Of a DNA stretch of 64,000 bases, positions 51,523-61,800 are shown one piece after another; within the stretch, counting starts at the first letter, position 1, and each line of letters starts with the position of its first letter. Under the pieces are notes generated by a model that searched no databases, was not told the origin of the DNA, and worked only from the letters and a program-made list of their open reading frames with translations. The stretch covers positions 4,768,001 to 4,832,000 of the forward strand of contig OY769902.1 in NCBI GenBank assembly GCA_963669175.1. The letters run 5' to 3'. A program made the position numbers and the translations under genes. This DNA is from a bacterium. Lineage in GTDB: Bacteria > Electryoneota > Electryoneia > Electryoneales > Electryoneaceae.

Positions 51523-52311
51523 ATGAGTGATAAACTTACAGAAGCATTTCGGTTGTATTTTCACAATATCGTGTTAATTGGCGCCGTTATCTTGACAATA
51601 TACCTGCCACTCAACCTGGCTTCTGAAGCGGCTTCTCCCAGTATTGGTTTTGATATGACCGAATTCCAGCGTCAATTGGAGAAGGGAGATATCGATCCCG
51701 AATATTTTCTGAACAATATGAGTAACATGAACAGGTTTGGTGTTGGTGCAGGCGTTCGCATCCTGTCTGGCCTGATCTTGATGCTTCTGGCCCCAGCCCT
51801 GATGGGCGCCTTTATTCATATCATTGCCAATAGCCGCCAGGGACTTGAAACTACGTATAAATCAGCCTTTCAAACAGGATTTCAATTCTGGTGGAAAATG
51901 ATGTGGGTGCAGGTTCTTGCTTTTCCCATTGTTGCCATTGGCACACTGTTCTGTATAATACCGGGTATACTCGTCGGGATTTACTTCGCCTTTATCCCCG
52001 CAATGGTCATCCTGGAAGGAGCAGACAATCCGGTAGATGTCTTGTCAAGGAGTACTCAATTAACCAGGGGATACAGGTGGGAACTTTTAGGCGCGCTTAT
52101 TATCCTGGGGATTGTGTCTGTTACACTTAGTATGGCAATAGAAATATCCGCCTTCTTCCCGTTTGGCGAAATTTTCGTTCTGAAAGCTCTGACAAGTTCA
52201 ATCAGTAGCGTGATTGGTTACCTGCCCCTTACTGTAGTTGTTCTGTACTACATGGATGCACGTATTGCGGAGGCGGAGGCTGAAACCAAAGCGGGGATGG
52301 CGATGGAGTGA
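51523..52311 (+). CDS. Integral membrane protein (YciC/UPF0259 / GPDPase-membrane-like)
   Basis: About 6 TM segments; CIIPGI, LSRS.QLTRG.RW and LYY.D.R motifs; RBS ggagg. Confidence 0.75.
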   Translation: MSDKLTEAFRLYFHNIVLIGAVILTIYLPLNLASEAASPSIGFDMTEFQRQLEKGDIDPEYFLNNMSNMNRFGVGAGVRILSGLILMLLAPALMGAFIHIIANSRQGLETTYKSAFQTGFQFWWKMMWVQVLAFPIVAIGTLFCIIPGILVGIYFAFIPAMVILEGADNPVDVLSRSTQLTRGYRWELLGALIILGIVSVTLSMAIEISAFFPFGEIFVLKALTSSISSVIGYLPLTVVVLYYMDARIAEAEAETKAGMAME

Positions 52312-52337
52312 ATCTCACGTTGCGAAGACATCAACCG

Positions 52338-52368
52338 GGGAGCATGAAGAAATCATGCTCCCTTTTTT
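52338..52368. terminator. Terminator between convergent genes
   Basis: gggagcatga-agaaa-tcatgctccc followed by tttttt. Confidence 0.75.
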
Positions 52369-55001
52369 CATCCGATCATCTCAACTGAATCCGAATTATC
52401 CATGACGGCGCGAACATTGGTCAGCAGTGTTTCCGGTCCAAATGGTTTTGGCAGGAATGGAATGCCCTGCTTTAATACACTTTGCAGGTGCATCGAGTCT
52501 TCCGTGTATCCGGACATAAGCAGCACTCTGATTCTGCTGTACTTCTCCCTGATTATGGAAGCCAGCTCACCGCCGTTCATGCCCGGCATGACAACATCAG
52601 AGATCACAAGATCTATCAGACTCGATTTATCTTCAAGTATTCCCAGGGCAACCTCAGCATTATCAGCGGGAAAAACCTGGTAGCCATACTGCTTCAAACT
52701 GTGTTCAAGAACATCACGGATATAAGACTCATCTTCAACAACCAGGATAGTCTCTTTCCCGGCCAGACGTTCGCTCTTATCCGTCTCTTTTTCACTGCTT
52801 GTTTCTATTTCATTGACACGCGGGAAGAAAATTGAGAATACAGTGCCCTTTCCTTCTTCGCTTGTCACACGAATTTCCGCTTCCGCCTGCTTAACAATCC
52901 CATATACAGTGGATAACCCCAGGCCTGTTCCCTGCCCCTCACGCTTTGTGGTAAAGAAAGGTTCAAAGATATGCTCCATGGTTTCTTCTGACATGCCAAG
53001 CCCCGAATCTTCAATCCGCATGATGACATAGTCACCGGCATTGAGATGTCCGTATTCCGCTCTGTCTATATCGGTGATACAAATGTTACTAAGCGATATC
53101 CTGATATCACCGCCATTCGGCATGGCATCACGGGCGTTTACAATAAGATTCAGCGCAATCTGTTCGAACTGAGTCGGGTCTATCTTGATTGGCCACACAC
53201 CTTCTTCGATCTCGGCATGCAAAAGAATATCCTCGCCGATAATCCTTCTGAGCAGTTTTTCCATATTCAGAAGCCGTGATGAGATATTGATTGTTTTCGG
53301 CGAAGTGGCTTGTCTACGGCTGAATGCGAGCAACTGACGGGTCAGTTCGGAAGCACGTTCCGATGTTTCCAGAATCTCCTGGAATTCGGAACGTAACGGG
53401 TGATCTTCTTTCAGCTTGAGCAGGTTCAGTTCGCACCGGCTGATAATGATGGTCAAGAGGTTGTTGAAATCGTGAGCCACACCGCCTGCAACACGACCAA
53501 TCGCTTCAATCTTCTGTGATTGAAGCAACTGATCTTCCAACGCTTTGTGTTCAGTAACATCCCGAATCGTCCCCTGGAAGAACATATGCCCCTCGTCGTC
53601 GCGAAAGATGGACGTACTGACAAGGACATATATTTTCCTGCCATCCTTCCTCTTCAGGACTTCCGGAAAATCACGTGTAAATCCAAATGTCAACAGCTTC
53701 TCTTCAAACTCATCGTGTTCACGCTTATCAACATATAAATCCGTTATTTGTGTCCCAATCAGATCTTCCTTGTTGACGAGAAACAAATCCGCCATTGCCT
53801 GGTTGCAGTCAAGGATTTCTCCTTCAGCAGAACGGATATACATGGCATCGAGCATGTTTTCATACAAGGAACGATATTTTTCCTCACTCCTGACTATCTG
53901 CTTGTCCTTGCGTTTAAGATTATCAATATCAATTGTGATGGCCAAAAATCGTTCGGGTTCCTGCGCTTCATTTCGAACTAAACGCCCCACAATTTGTACC
54001 CAGAAATCGTTGCCATTCGCCCGGTACATCCTGACTTCTATGGACAAGGTTTCATTCTCTGCTATGGCTGTTTCCATTGTACGTGAAAATCTATCTCTGT
54101 CCGCAGGATGTACACGTTCAAGCAGAGAGCTGAGCCGGTGATCGCAAGATGTTGTATCAATCCCCAACAACACCCGGAGCTGCTCCGAGCAGGTCAAATA
54201 ATCCTTTTCAATACTCCAATCCCAGATCCCGAAACTGGCCGCCTGTTGCGCTAGCATGGAACGTATCTGGCTATCCTTCAGTTCAGCCATGATCTTCTGT
54301 TGACAACTTTCAACCTTATACGCACGATAGATAATCAGAAATGACAGTATGAGTATTACAAGCAGGATTAACAGAAACGCACGATTCAGCCTGGCAACAA
54401 CTTTCTCAACTTCATGGTTGACCTCATCAAGGTAAAAACCGGTCCCAACCTGCCACCCCCAAGGGGCGAAATTTTTTACATAAGATAGCTTGTCCTGCAC
54501 TTTTGATGTTTCATCACGCAACTGCCACTGGTATGTGTTAAAGCCTTCTCCTGAATCGGACGCAGCCTGGAGGAAAGACAAGTGCAGAATCACTTCAGTC
54601 CCGCTGTCTGCCTCGCTTCGCCTGATGTTCTCAAGATCAGGCCGATAAGGATGCATTACCAAGTAGGTGTCGACACTGCTGATATAGAAATAGTCCTTGT
54701 TGTCTTTTCCATAACGCATTGCCCGAATTCGATCTTTTGCGGATTCCTGGGCCTGTTCCAGCTCAAGTTCACCGGACTCGACACGGTTGTTATAGTCGTC
54801 AAGCACTTCCCAAACGACATAAGTCAGTTCACGCATCATGAGCTTGCGACTCTCGAGTATGCTCTTCTCAATAGCAGGAATTGCAATCAACTGCGTGGCG
54901 AGGACGAATAGAATGATCGTCAGCATCACGGGGATCATGATGCGGATGGATAAAACCGGCAAAGTTCTGTTGAAAAGACGAACTTGCACAACATACTCCA
55001 A
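52368..55001 (-). CDS. Hybrid sensor histidine kinase (sCache_2, 2x PAS, HisKA, HATPase, REC)
   Basis: MRYG...DYFYI...MHPYRPDLE cache motif, AGGVAHDFNN, FFTTKREGQGTGLGL, receiver domain; exact start uncertain. Confidence 0.92.
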   Translation of the reverse strand: MEYVVQVRLFNRTLPVLSIRIMIPVMLTIILFVLATQLIAIPAIEKSILESRKLMMRELTYVVWEVLDDYNNRVESGELELEQAQESAKDRIRAMRYGKDNKDYFYISSVDTYLVMHPYRPDLENIRRSEADSGTEVILHLSFLQAASDSGEGFNTYQWQLRDETSKVQDKLSYVKNFAPWGWQVGTGFYLDEVNHEVEKVVARLNRAFLLILLVILILSFLIIYRAYKVESCQQKIMAELKDSQIRSMLAQQAASFGIWDWSIEKDYLTCSEQLRVLLGIDTTSCDHRLSSLLERVHPADRDRFSRTMETAIAENETLSIEVRMYRANGNDFWVQIVGRLVRNEAQEPERFLAITIDIDNLKRKDKQIVRSEEKYRSLYENMLDAMYIRSAEGEILDCNQAMADLFLVNKEDLIGTQITDLYVDKREHDEFEEKLLTFGFTRDFPEVLKRKDGRKIYVLVSTSIFRDDEGHMFFQGTIRDVTEHKALEDQLLQSQKIEAIGRVAGGVAHDFNNLLTIIISRCELNLLKLKEDHPLRSEFQEILETSERASELTRQLLAFSRRQATSPKTINISSRLLNMEKLLRRIIGEDILLHAEIEEGVWPIKIDPTQFEQIALNLIVNARDAMPNGGDIRISLSNICITDIDRAEYGHLNAGDYVIMRIEDSGLGMSEETMEHIFEPFFTTKREGQGTGLGLSTVYGIVKQAEAEIRVTSEEGKGTVFSIFFPRVNEIETSSEKETDKSERLAGKETILVVEDESYIRDVLEHSLKQYGYQVFPADNAEVALGILEDKSSLIDLVISDVVMPGMNGGELASIIREKYSRIRVLLMSGYTEDSMHLQSVLKQGIPFLPKPFGPETLLTNVRAVMDNSDSVEMIG

Positions 55002-55477
55002 GGTTGAAAGTCAACCCCTCCCAGACTGACCCCAAACTAATCAATGCTCTTGTGGTAGAATAATAAAAGGATATACAGGCTACTCGATGGCTTCCTCTTA
55101 CAGTTCTTCCAGTCCCCTTCCCCAATGGTAAGATACTTTCGGTACTTTGACCATCTCAAGACTTAAAAAGACACAAGGTTGTAAAAGAGTACCTCCAATC
55201 AGAGATTTTGCCAGTTGCTGTTTGCAGAAATAAAATAACACTCAATTCATTGAAAACTCTTACCGCCCTGCAGGTTCTATACCTGTACACGCCTAACTAT
55301 AATTATTTCTATAATTTACTTTCCCACTCGACACCTCAAGCAGAATAGCATTTTTTTACATACCCTATTCCTTCAGGCAAAGGGGGACAGCCACCTCTTC
55401 AATTCCCGCATCACATCTCATTCCACCTCCGCGCGACAAAAAGGAAACTGCACCCTTTTCGCAGCGTTGAAGCATGA

Positions 55478-55750
55478 TTGTTCTCCGGATCCCGACTTGC
55501 TCATTCAGTACATCACAGAGGCAGGAACCGCTAACATAGCCAATAGTGCAAAGTATGTATCATAATCCGTAGCAAATCGGGCCATGCAGGCAAGAGCGTA
55601 TAAAGACTTCACAATTGTTCTCCGGATCCCGACTTGCTCATTCAGTACATCACAGCGATAGGATCGCCAACGTAGCCAATACTGGAAAAGTATCAATTAT
55701 AACACGTAGCAAATCGGGCCATGCATTCGAGAGCGTGTAATAATCTCACA
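55478..55750 (-). repeat. Tandem duplication (137-bp period) of the ~97-bp inverted-arm element
   Basis: ttgttctccggatcccgacttgctcattcagtacatcacag...cgtagcaaatcgggccatgca twice, with diverged middles. Confidence 0.88.
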
Positions 55751-55912
55751 GGCAAAGGGAGACAGCCACCTTTGCTCGTCTATCTCCATTAACCCGGCAC
55801 TCAATCGAGAACAACAATAGTACTCCCTACTTGGCAAACGATCGTACAATAGCCTATACTTTGATATAGAGCGTAATTCAAACGAGATAACATTGTATTC
55901 CAGGAGGTCGCG

Positions 55913-57295
55913 ATGTCATCAAAGCGCCTGGTATTCACTTTGGTTTTGTTTGGCGTGTTTGCGTTTCTGGTGCAAGCCGAAGACCACAGCGAACATATCG
56001 AAGGACCATTTGAGTCCCCGCAGGAAGTAACGGCCACTTGTATAATGTGCCATGACAATGTTGCGGACGAAATCATGGCGACCCGTCACTGGAACTGGCA
56101 GGGTGAAGCCTTTAATGGTGATGGGAAAGAAAAAGTTCGCCTGGGCAAAATTAACATGATTAACAACTTTTGTATCGCGGTGCCCTCCAACTGGCCACGA
56201 TGCACAAGTTGTCATATCGGCTATGGCTGGAAGGACGAGACTTTTGATCATTCCAACCCGGAAAACATTGACTGCCTGGTATGCCATGACCGTACCGGCA
56301 CCTATTCCAAGACAGCTACAGCAGCCGGGATGCCGGCGCCGGATGTTGACCTGGTGGCAGTTGCTCAAAGTGTAGGATTTACCAGCCGTCAGACCTGTGG
56401 CAAGTGTCACTACGATGGCGGTGGCGGCGCTGGTGTAAAACATGGCGATATGGACCCCAGCCTGCTGGAACCGCCGGAAGACCTTGACGTACACATGGGC
56501 ATGTATGATTTCCAGTGTGCGGATTGTCATGCTGAAGAAGGGCATAAGATTCGTGGCGCCGGACATGCGTCCATGGCGGCGAACACCAATCATTTCGACT
56601 GCACGACCTGCCATGAGATGCCGATTCATGACAAATCACGCTTGAACGACCACACGGAACACATCGCCTGCGAGACCTGCCATATCCCCAGCTTTGCACG
56701 TATCGAACCGACCAAGGTCTGGTGGGACTGGTCAACAGCCGGACAGGATCGTAAGGCCAGTCGTGACCAGTTCGGGCACGAGAATTACAACAAGAAGAAA
56801 GGCGATTTCGTCTGGAAAAAGGATGTTCAACCGGAGTATCGCTGGCATAACGGCGGCGTCGAGTATTATATGTTCGGAGATAAAATCGACACAACCGCGA
56901 TTGTCGTGTTGAACGAGCTGAATGGCAGTATCGAGGACACCAACTCCAAGATCACCCCGTTCAAGGTAATGCACGCGAAGCAGCCCTTTGATCCGGTTAA
57001 TATGACGTTAATCGTGCCCCACCTGTTCGGACCTGAAGGTTACTGGAAAACCTTCAACTGGGAGCAGGCGGCGCAGATCGGGATGGAAGCGGTCGGCTTG
57101 CCCTTCAGCGGCAATGTTGAGTTTGTTGAGACGGACATGTACTGGCCGATCAACCATATGGTCGCCCCTTCTGAGCAGGCGCTGCGTTGTACGGATTGTC
57201 ACGGCAAGAAGTCCCGTTTCGATTGGGAAGCCCTTGGTTACCCGGGCGATCCCATGAAAAAAGGTGGACGTGCGGAACACTTCGATTTGAAATAG
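55913..57295 (+). CDS. Octaheme c-type cytochrome, tetrathionate reductase (OTR) family
   Basis: Signal peptide; 8 CxxCH motifs (CIMCH, CTSCH, CLVCH, CGKCH, CADCH, CTTCH, CETCH, CTDCH); GK.N.INNFC, WDWSTAG and WPINHMVAP motifs. Confidence 0.92.
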   Translation: MSSKRLVFTLVLFGVFAFLVQAEDHSEHIEGPFESPQEVTATCIMCHDNVADEIMATRHWNWQGEAFNGDGKEKVRLGKINMINNFCIAVPSNWPRCTSCHIGYGWKDETFDHSNPENIDCLVCHDRTGTYSKTATAAGMPAPDVDLVAVAQSVGFTSRQTCGKCHYDGGGGAGVKHGDMDPSLLEPPEDLDVHMGMYDFQCADCHAEEGHKIRGAGHASMAANTNHFDCTTCHEMPIHDKSRLNDHTEHIACETCHIPSFARIEPTKVWWDWSTAGQDRKASRDQFGHENYNKKKGDFVWKKDVQPEYRWHNGGVEYYMFGDKIDTTAIVVLNELNGSIEDTNSKITPFKVMHAKQPFDPVNMTLIVPHLFGPEGYWKTFNWEQAAQIGMEAVGLPFSGNVEFVETDMYWPINHMVAPSEQALRCTDCHGKKSRFDWEALGYPGDPMKKGGRAEHFDLK

Positions 57296-57426
57296 CTTAT
57301 CGCACAAACTGTGTCTTGAGAAAGACGCCTCATACTATAGTGACATTCAAGAGGAATGCCGGATACAGTCATCCCTAGCGAAGGCGGGGATGACAGAATG
57401 GGAAATCTCTTTCGAGTCACAAACAG

Positions 57427-57461
57427 ACGACAAAGCCCCGGTTAAACCGGGGCATTGTCGT
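57427..57461. terminator. Bidirectional terminator hairpin
   Basis: acgacaaagccccggtt-a-aaccggggcattgtcgt between convergent genes. Confidence 0.7.
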
Positions 57462-57479
57462 TGAAAAGCTATCTTTTCC

Positions 57480-58751
57480 TTACGGTTGCAACTCTATCAC
57501 ACTGACTGTACCGTCCATGTTGTTTGCGACAACCGCATAATTGCCGTGTGGACTGATGGCGATCCCGACCGGCCCCATGCCGACATTGATTGTAGACACT
57601 ACCTCACCGGTCCAGGTGCGTACGATTGAAACCGTATTATCGTCAAAATTGGTTACATACACGTAGTACCCGCCTTTGCCACAGGCGATTTCCGAGGGTT
57701 TCCGTCCCACTTCAATCGTCTCTGTCACCTGGTTCACATACGTGTCAATCACGGAAACGGTGCCATCGTTGGCGTTGGCCACATAAACAACTTCACCTAT
57801 CGGGTCCATGGCCAGCCCCTGGGGACCGAAACCTACTGGAATCGTCGCCACAAGACTGTTGTCCGATTGGTTCAGGACTGTGACATCATGATCGGAAATA
57901 CTGCTGATGTATACATAATCACCAAAGGGACCGGCGATAGCGTCGAACGGCACCTTGTTGAATGTCAACGAACCCGTAATGGAGACGTCTGCACCATCCA
58001 GCGAAAGCACAGTCACAGACGAATCACCCGCACAGGTAACCCAACCAAGTTCACCACCGGGGGCAAGATTGATGTGCAACGGGAGGGCATCAACTGCTGT
58101 TGCCTGCACCACATCATTCGTCTCTGTTGAGACTGAAGTAATGCTCCCATCTTCCCCATTGGCCACATACGCCAGTATACTATCCTCGGCGGCAACAATA
58201 CCATATGGGGAATTCAGACCGGCAATCTCAGCTTCCACAGTCCAATCGAGTGCAGAAATGACAGAAACCGTGTTGGACCCGGTATTGGTCACAAGCACCT
58301 TTTCACCGTCCGGGAGAAAAGCAACACCGAAGGGTTGGTCCCCAACATTGACAGTTTCAACGATGTTCCAGCTCATGGTTGAAACCGCACGCATGCCGGA
58401 TAATTCGGAAGTGAATCCGTCAATATCCTCTACAATCATGTAGAGATAATAGCGCGTTGCCGGTTCCAGCCCATCAACGGTTGCCATCGTATCCGCCTGA
58501 TCCGTGTAGTCAATGCTTTCGAACAACTCCGAATCGAATTCCGGATTTGTTCCCACATACAGGCGATAGGCAACAAAATCATCATCGAAATTGGAAGTCC
58601 ACGCGATATCCACAGATGTTTCTGTAGGATTATGAACCTCCAGGATCTGAGGTGCGAGCGGTTCGGGGCCACGTCCCTCCAGGCATCCCATCATCAGGAT
58701 GCCGATTACCAGTACCGCGAGCAGTCGCACATATGGGGTTCTTCTCTGCAT
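57480..58751 (-). CDS. Lipoprotein with FN3 domain and YVTN/YncE beta-propeller repeats
   Basis: Lipobox MMGC; FN3 (GLEPATRYY); about 7 VG..P.G.A...G..YV.N..D.TVSVI repeats. Confidence 0.88.
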   Translation of the reverse strand: MQRRTPYVRLLAVLVIGILMMGCLEGRGPEPLAPQILEVHNPTETSVDIAWTSNFDDDFVAYRLYVGTNPEFDSELFESIDYTDQADTMATVDGLEPATRYYLYMIVEDIDGFTSELSGMRAVSTMSWNIVETVNVGDQPFGVAFLPDGEKVLVTNTGSNTVSVISALDWTVEAEIAGLNSPYGIVAAEDSILAYVANGEDGSITSVSTETNDVVQATAVDALPLHINLAPGGELGWVTCAGDSSVTVLSLDGADVSITGSLTFNKVPFDAIAGPFGDYVYISSISDHDVTVLNQSDNSLVATIPVGFGPQGLAMDPIGEVVYVANANDGTVSVIDTYVNQVTETIEVGRKPSEIACGKGGYYVYVTNFDDNTVSIVRTWTGEVVSTINVGMGPVGIAISPHGNYAVVANNMDGTVSVIELQP

Positions 58752-58819
58752 CTCAACCCCCAACTATGAAAAGGTTGTTGTGTCTTCGAAACGTATCGTA
58801 TTTCATACGGAATACCTGT

Positions 58820-61800
58820 TTACCGTACCAGTACAGCCTTACGGGTCATGACACTCCCGCCGTGCTGCACCTGGATGAAGTACACACCGCTGACCAGTTC
58901 CTGGCCTGCATCGAACATGTACCTGTGATACCCTGCCGTGAGATAACGGTTCTCTTCGTGAACCAGTCGGCCCAGCAGGTTGAATACGCGCACATGAACA
59001 TCACCCTCGGACGGAAGCCCGAACTGCATGTGAACCGTACTGTTGAACGGGTTCGGATACAGGCTGCCGACCATGAATTCTGTCGGTAACGCAATCGCAC
59101 GTTCCAGGGTCAGCTCAGCGAAACCACCTGAGGTAAATCGTGTCGGACCATCAATGATGTCACTGGCAATAACACCGCCGGAAGCATCCACAAGCTGCAC
59201 GGTTACCGGATTGCCGGGCTGGAATCCCGGAAGCCTCATCTTCGGCATTCCCTGCCAGATGGTAATCTTCGTGCGCCCGCCATCGCTGATATTGGCGCGT
59301 CCCACCATCAGGTCGCCGTCCAACACCTCGATAGCATCAGCGCCCATTCCGGCAAGTTCTGCATTCAGGCTTACAACCATCGTAAACGGCAGACCTGTGC
59401 GGGTAACACCTTCCGGGATACGCATCGGCTTGCGAAGTTGGGGCTTGCCTGCTGTCGCAACGGTCCAGCCACCGGAACTGAAGCTGAAGGTCACATCTTC
59501 CGACACGAAGACTTCATAGCCTTCACCGGGGAACAAGGTCACCAGGTCGCTCAGCTCTGCGTCACCCGGAATCCAGGTATAACCGTCATCGTTACGAACC
59601 AGCTCAACCACATCCATAATGGCTTCGAAGCCGGTTTCAACCGGCACGGCGAAGTCGAACGGATAACCGACCAGGTTCAGCTTGTCCGCCTGCAGGGTGT
59701 ACTCAATGGACGGGTCCATCGGGCTGCCGGTGATAGCGAACCGCGAATCGGAAGAGGTCAGCACACGGAAGCCTTCGGTCAGATCCACATCACCGATAGT
59801 ATTCACTGCCGGTGGGATCGCCATGCGGACATCGTCCTGGTAAACCAGCAACAGGTCATCAATCTCGTTGAACAGAGCCAGCGCATCGCTTTCCAGCGGT
59901 TGCAGGTAGAAGCTGATCAATTCGAAACCTTCCGATGACAACGGCAGGTTCATCTCAACCACATCACTCAGAACGACATCCATCTCCAGGATATCACCGC
60001 CAACGATCTGTACATCTTCCTGTACGAAGGTCGCGTATTCCGTATGGGTTACACGCAGGTCGTATACACCGTCAGGAACTTCGAAGAATGTGTATGCGCC
60101 TTCACTGTCCGTGTAAACCGCCCAGATGTTGTCGGTATCATCCACCAGGGACAACCGTGCGCCATCCACTGCAAGGCCACCTTCCGATGCGGTAACCATA
60201 CCGGTCAATTCCGGGATATCCGTGGTGAAGGACCAGACTTCCGAGGACCAGGTGCCATCGGTGTTGGTATCCTGCGCACGAACCTTCCACCAGTATTCAA
60301 CACCGTCCAGGATATCTTCCAGCAGGACGTTATCATCTTCAGTAGACAGTGAATCAAGGTTTTCGGTAAACAGAGCGTCAGTAGCGAACCAGACCCAGTA
60401 AATCAGTGTATCGCCCGGATCACTGTCCGTGGTGAGGTTCCACTGTACCAGCGCGTCTTCCCCGTTGAGCACCTCTGTGTCAGCCGGAGATGCCAGGCTG
60501 AAGGCTTCCGGGGTGTCGTACTGGTATACATCGAACGCCCAGCCATCCAACGGATTCGCCTGTGTCTGCAATCCGAACAGGTCGGTTGCGGTAACACGCC
60601 AGTAGACCGTGATGTCATCCGGCAATTCATCCAGTTCGCTTTCCGGACCGCCGAATAGGGCCTGTCCCAGGCCACCAACAAGTGCAAGGGCTGCTTCCGG
60701 ACCACGACTGCGTCCGGATTCCATCATCACGCCACTCTTGCCGGAAGACCGTTCCATCCGAACACGTCCGCCCAGGCTTCCCTGCGGGTGACTGGCAACC
60801 ACTGCCGCCAGTTCGTCGATGACGAAGAAGGTGTCAGAAGTGACAGCGCTGAAGGCGTCTGTAAAGGTTGGATCCAGTGACCACTCAACCGTGTATTCAA
60901 GCGTATCTGACGGATCAGGATCATCGGCACGATCCCAGTAAACTTCTGCGAATTCCTCATGTACCACAAATCCACTGTCAGGGCCGGCCAGTTCGAACGC
61001 TATCGGCGCTTCCGGGATGTAAACATCGAAGCTCCAGACATCGTCCGTCCAGGTGCCTTCCGTGTTGGTATCCTGGGCACGAACCTTCCAGTATATGGTC
61101 TGGTCGTCATCCATGCCGGTAAAGGTGTAGGTTGTATCGTTTACTTCAACAGAATCACGATCCGCGAAGTCAACATCGTTGGACCAGTACAGCCAGTAGC
61201 TGAAGCTGTCGCCAGGATCGGGATCAATCGTGGATTGCCAGACGACCGTGGTATCACCGGTACGGATAACTGCGCCGCTGTCCGGGCCAACCAGGGTGAA
61301 GGCTTCCGGCGGATCGAACAGGTAAACATCAAAGGACCAGCCAGTTTCTTCTTCCGTAGACCAGGCCTCCAGGGTGAAGCTGTCGATCGCCTTCACACGC
61401 CAGTAGATCGTGGTGTTATCCGGCAATTCATCCAGACCAACTTCACCACCTTCGATGATCGGGGACGCGTTGGAAGAACCTCCCAGTGCGTTCGAGTTGT
61501 TCTTTTCGCCCTTATCACGATCCTGATCCTGATTCACTTTGAAGGAACCGGTAGCCATAAAGGTCTCATCACTACCGTCATCCGTCGGTTTGTTGTTTCG
61601 TCCGATTCCCATCGCCATCGCTTCTTCAAGGCTGCTTACCTCGAAGAATGTGTCAGCAGTGGTTGCGCTCAGGAAATCAGTAAATGTCGCATCGCCTGAC
61701 CACTGGATCTCGTATCCGATTACATCACCGGGATCGGGATCAAGTGCGGTGTTCCAGACAACATTGATGGTATCGTTGTTGACTTCTGCGCCATCTTCCG

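Noticed and set aside
55478-55750. CRISPR array
   Set aside because: Only two units, the intervening sequences are homologous to each other, and no cas genes are in the window. The same applies to 36535-36828, 8094-8245 and 30067-30193.
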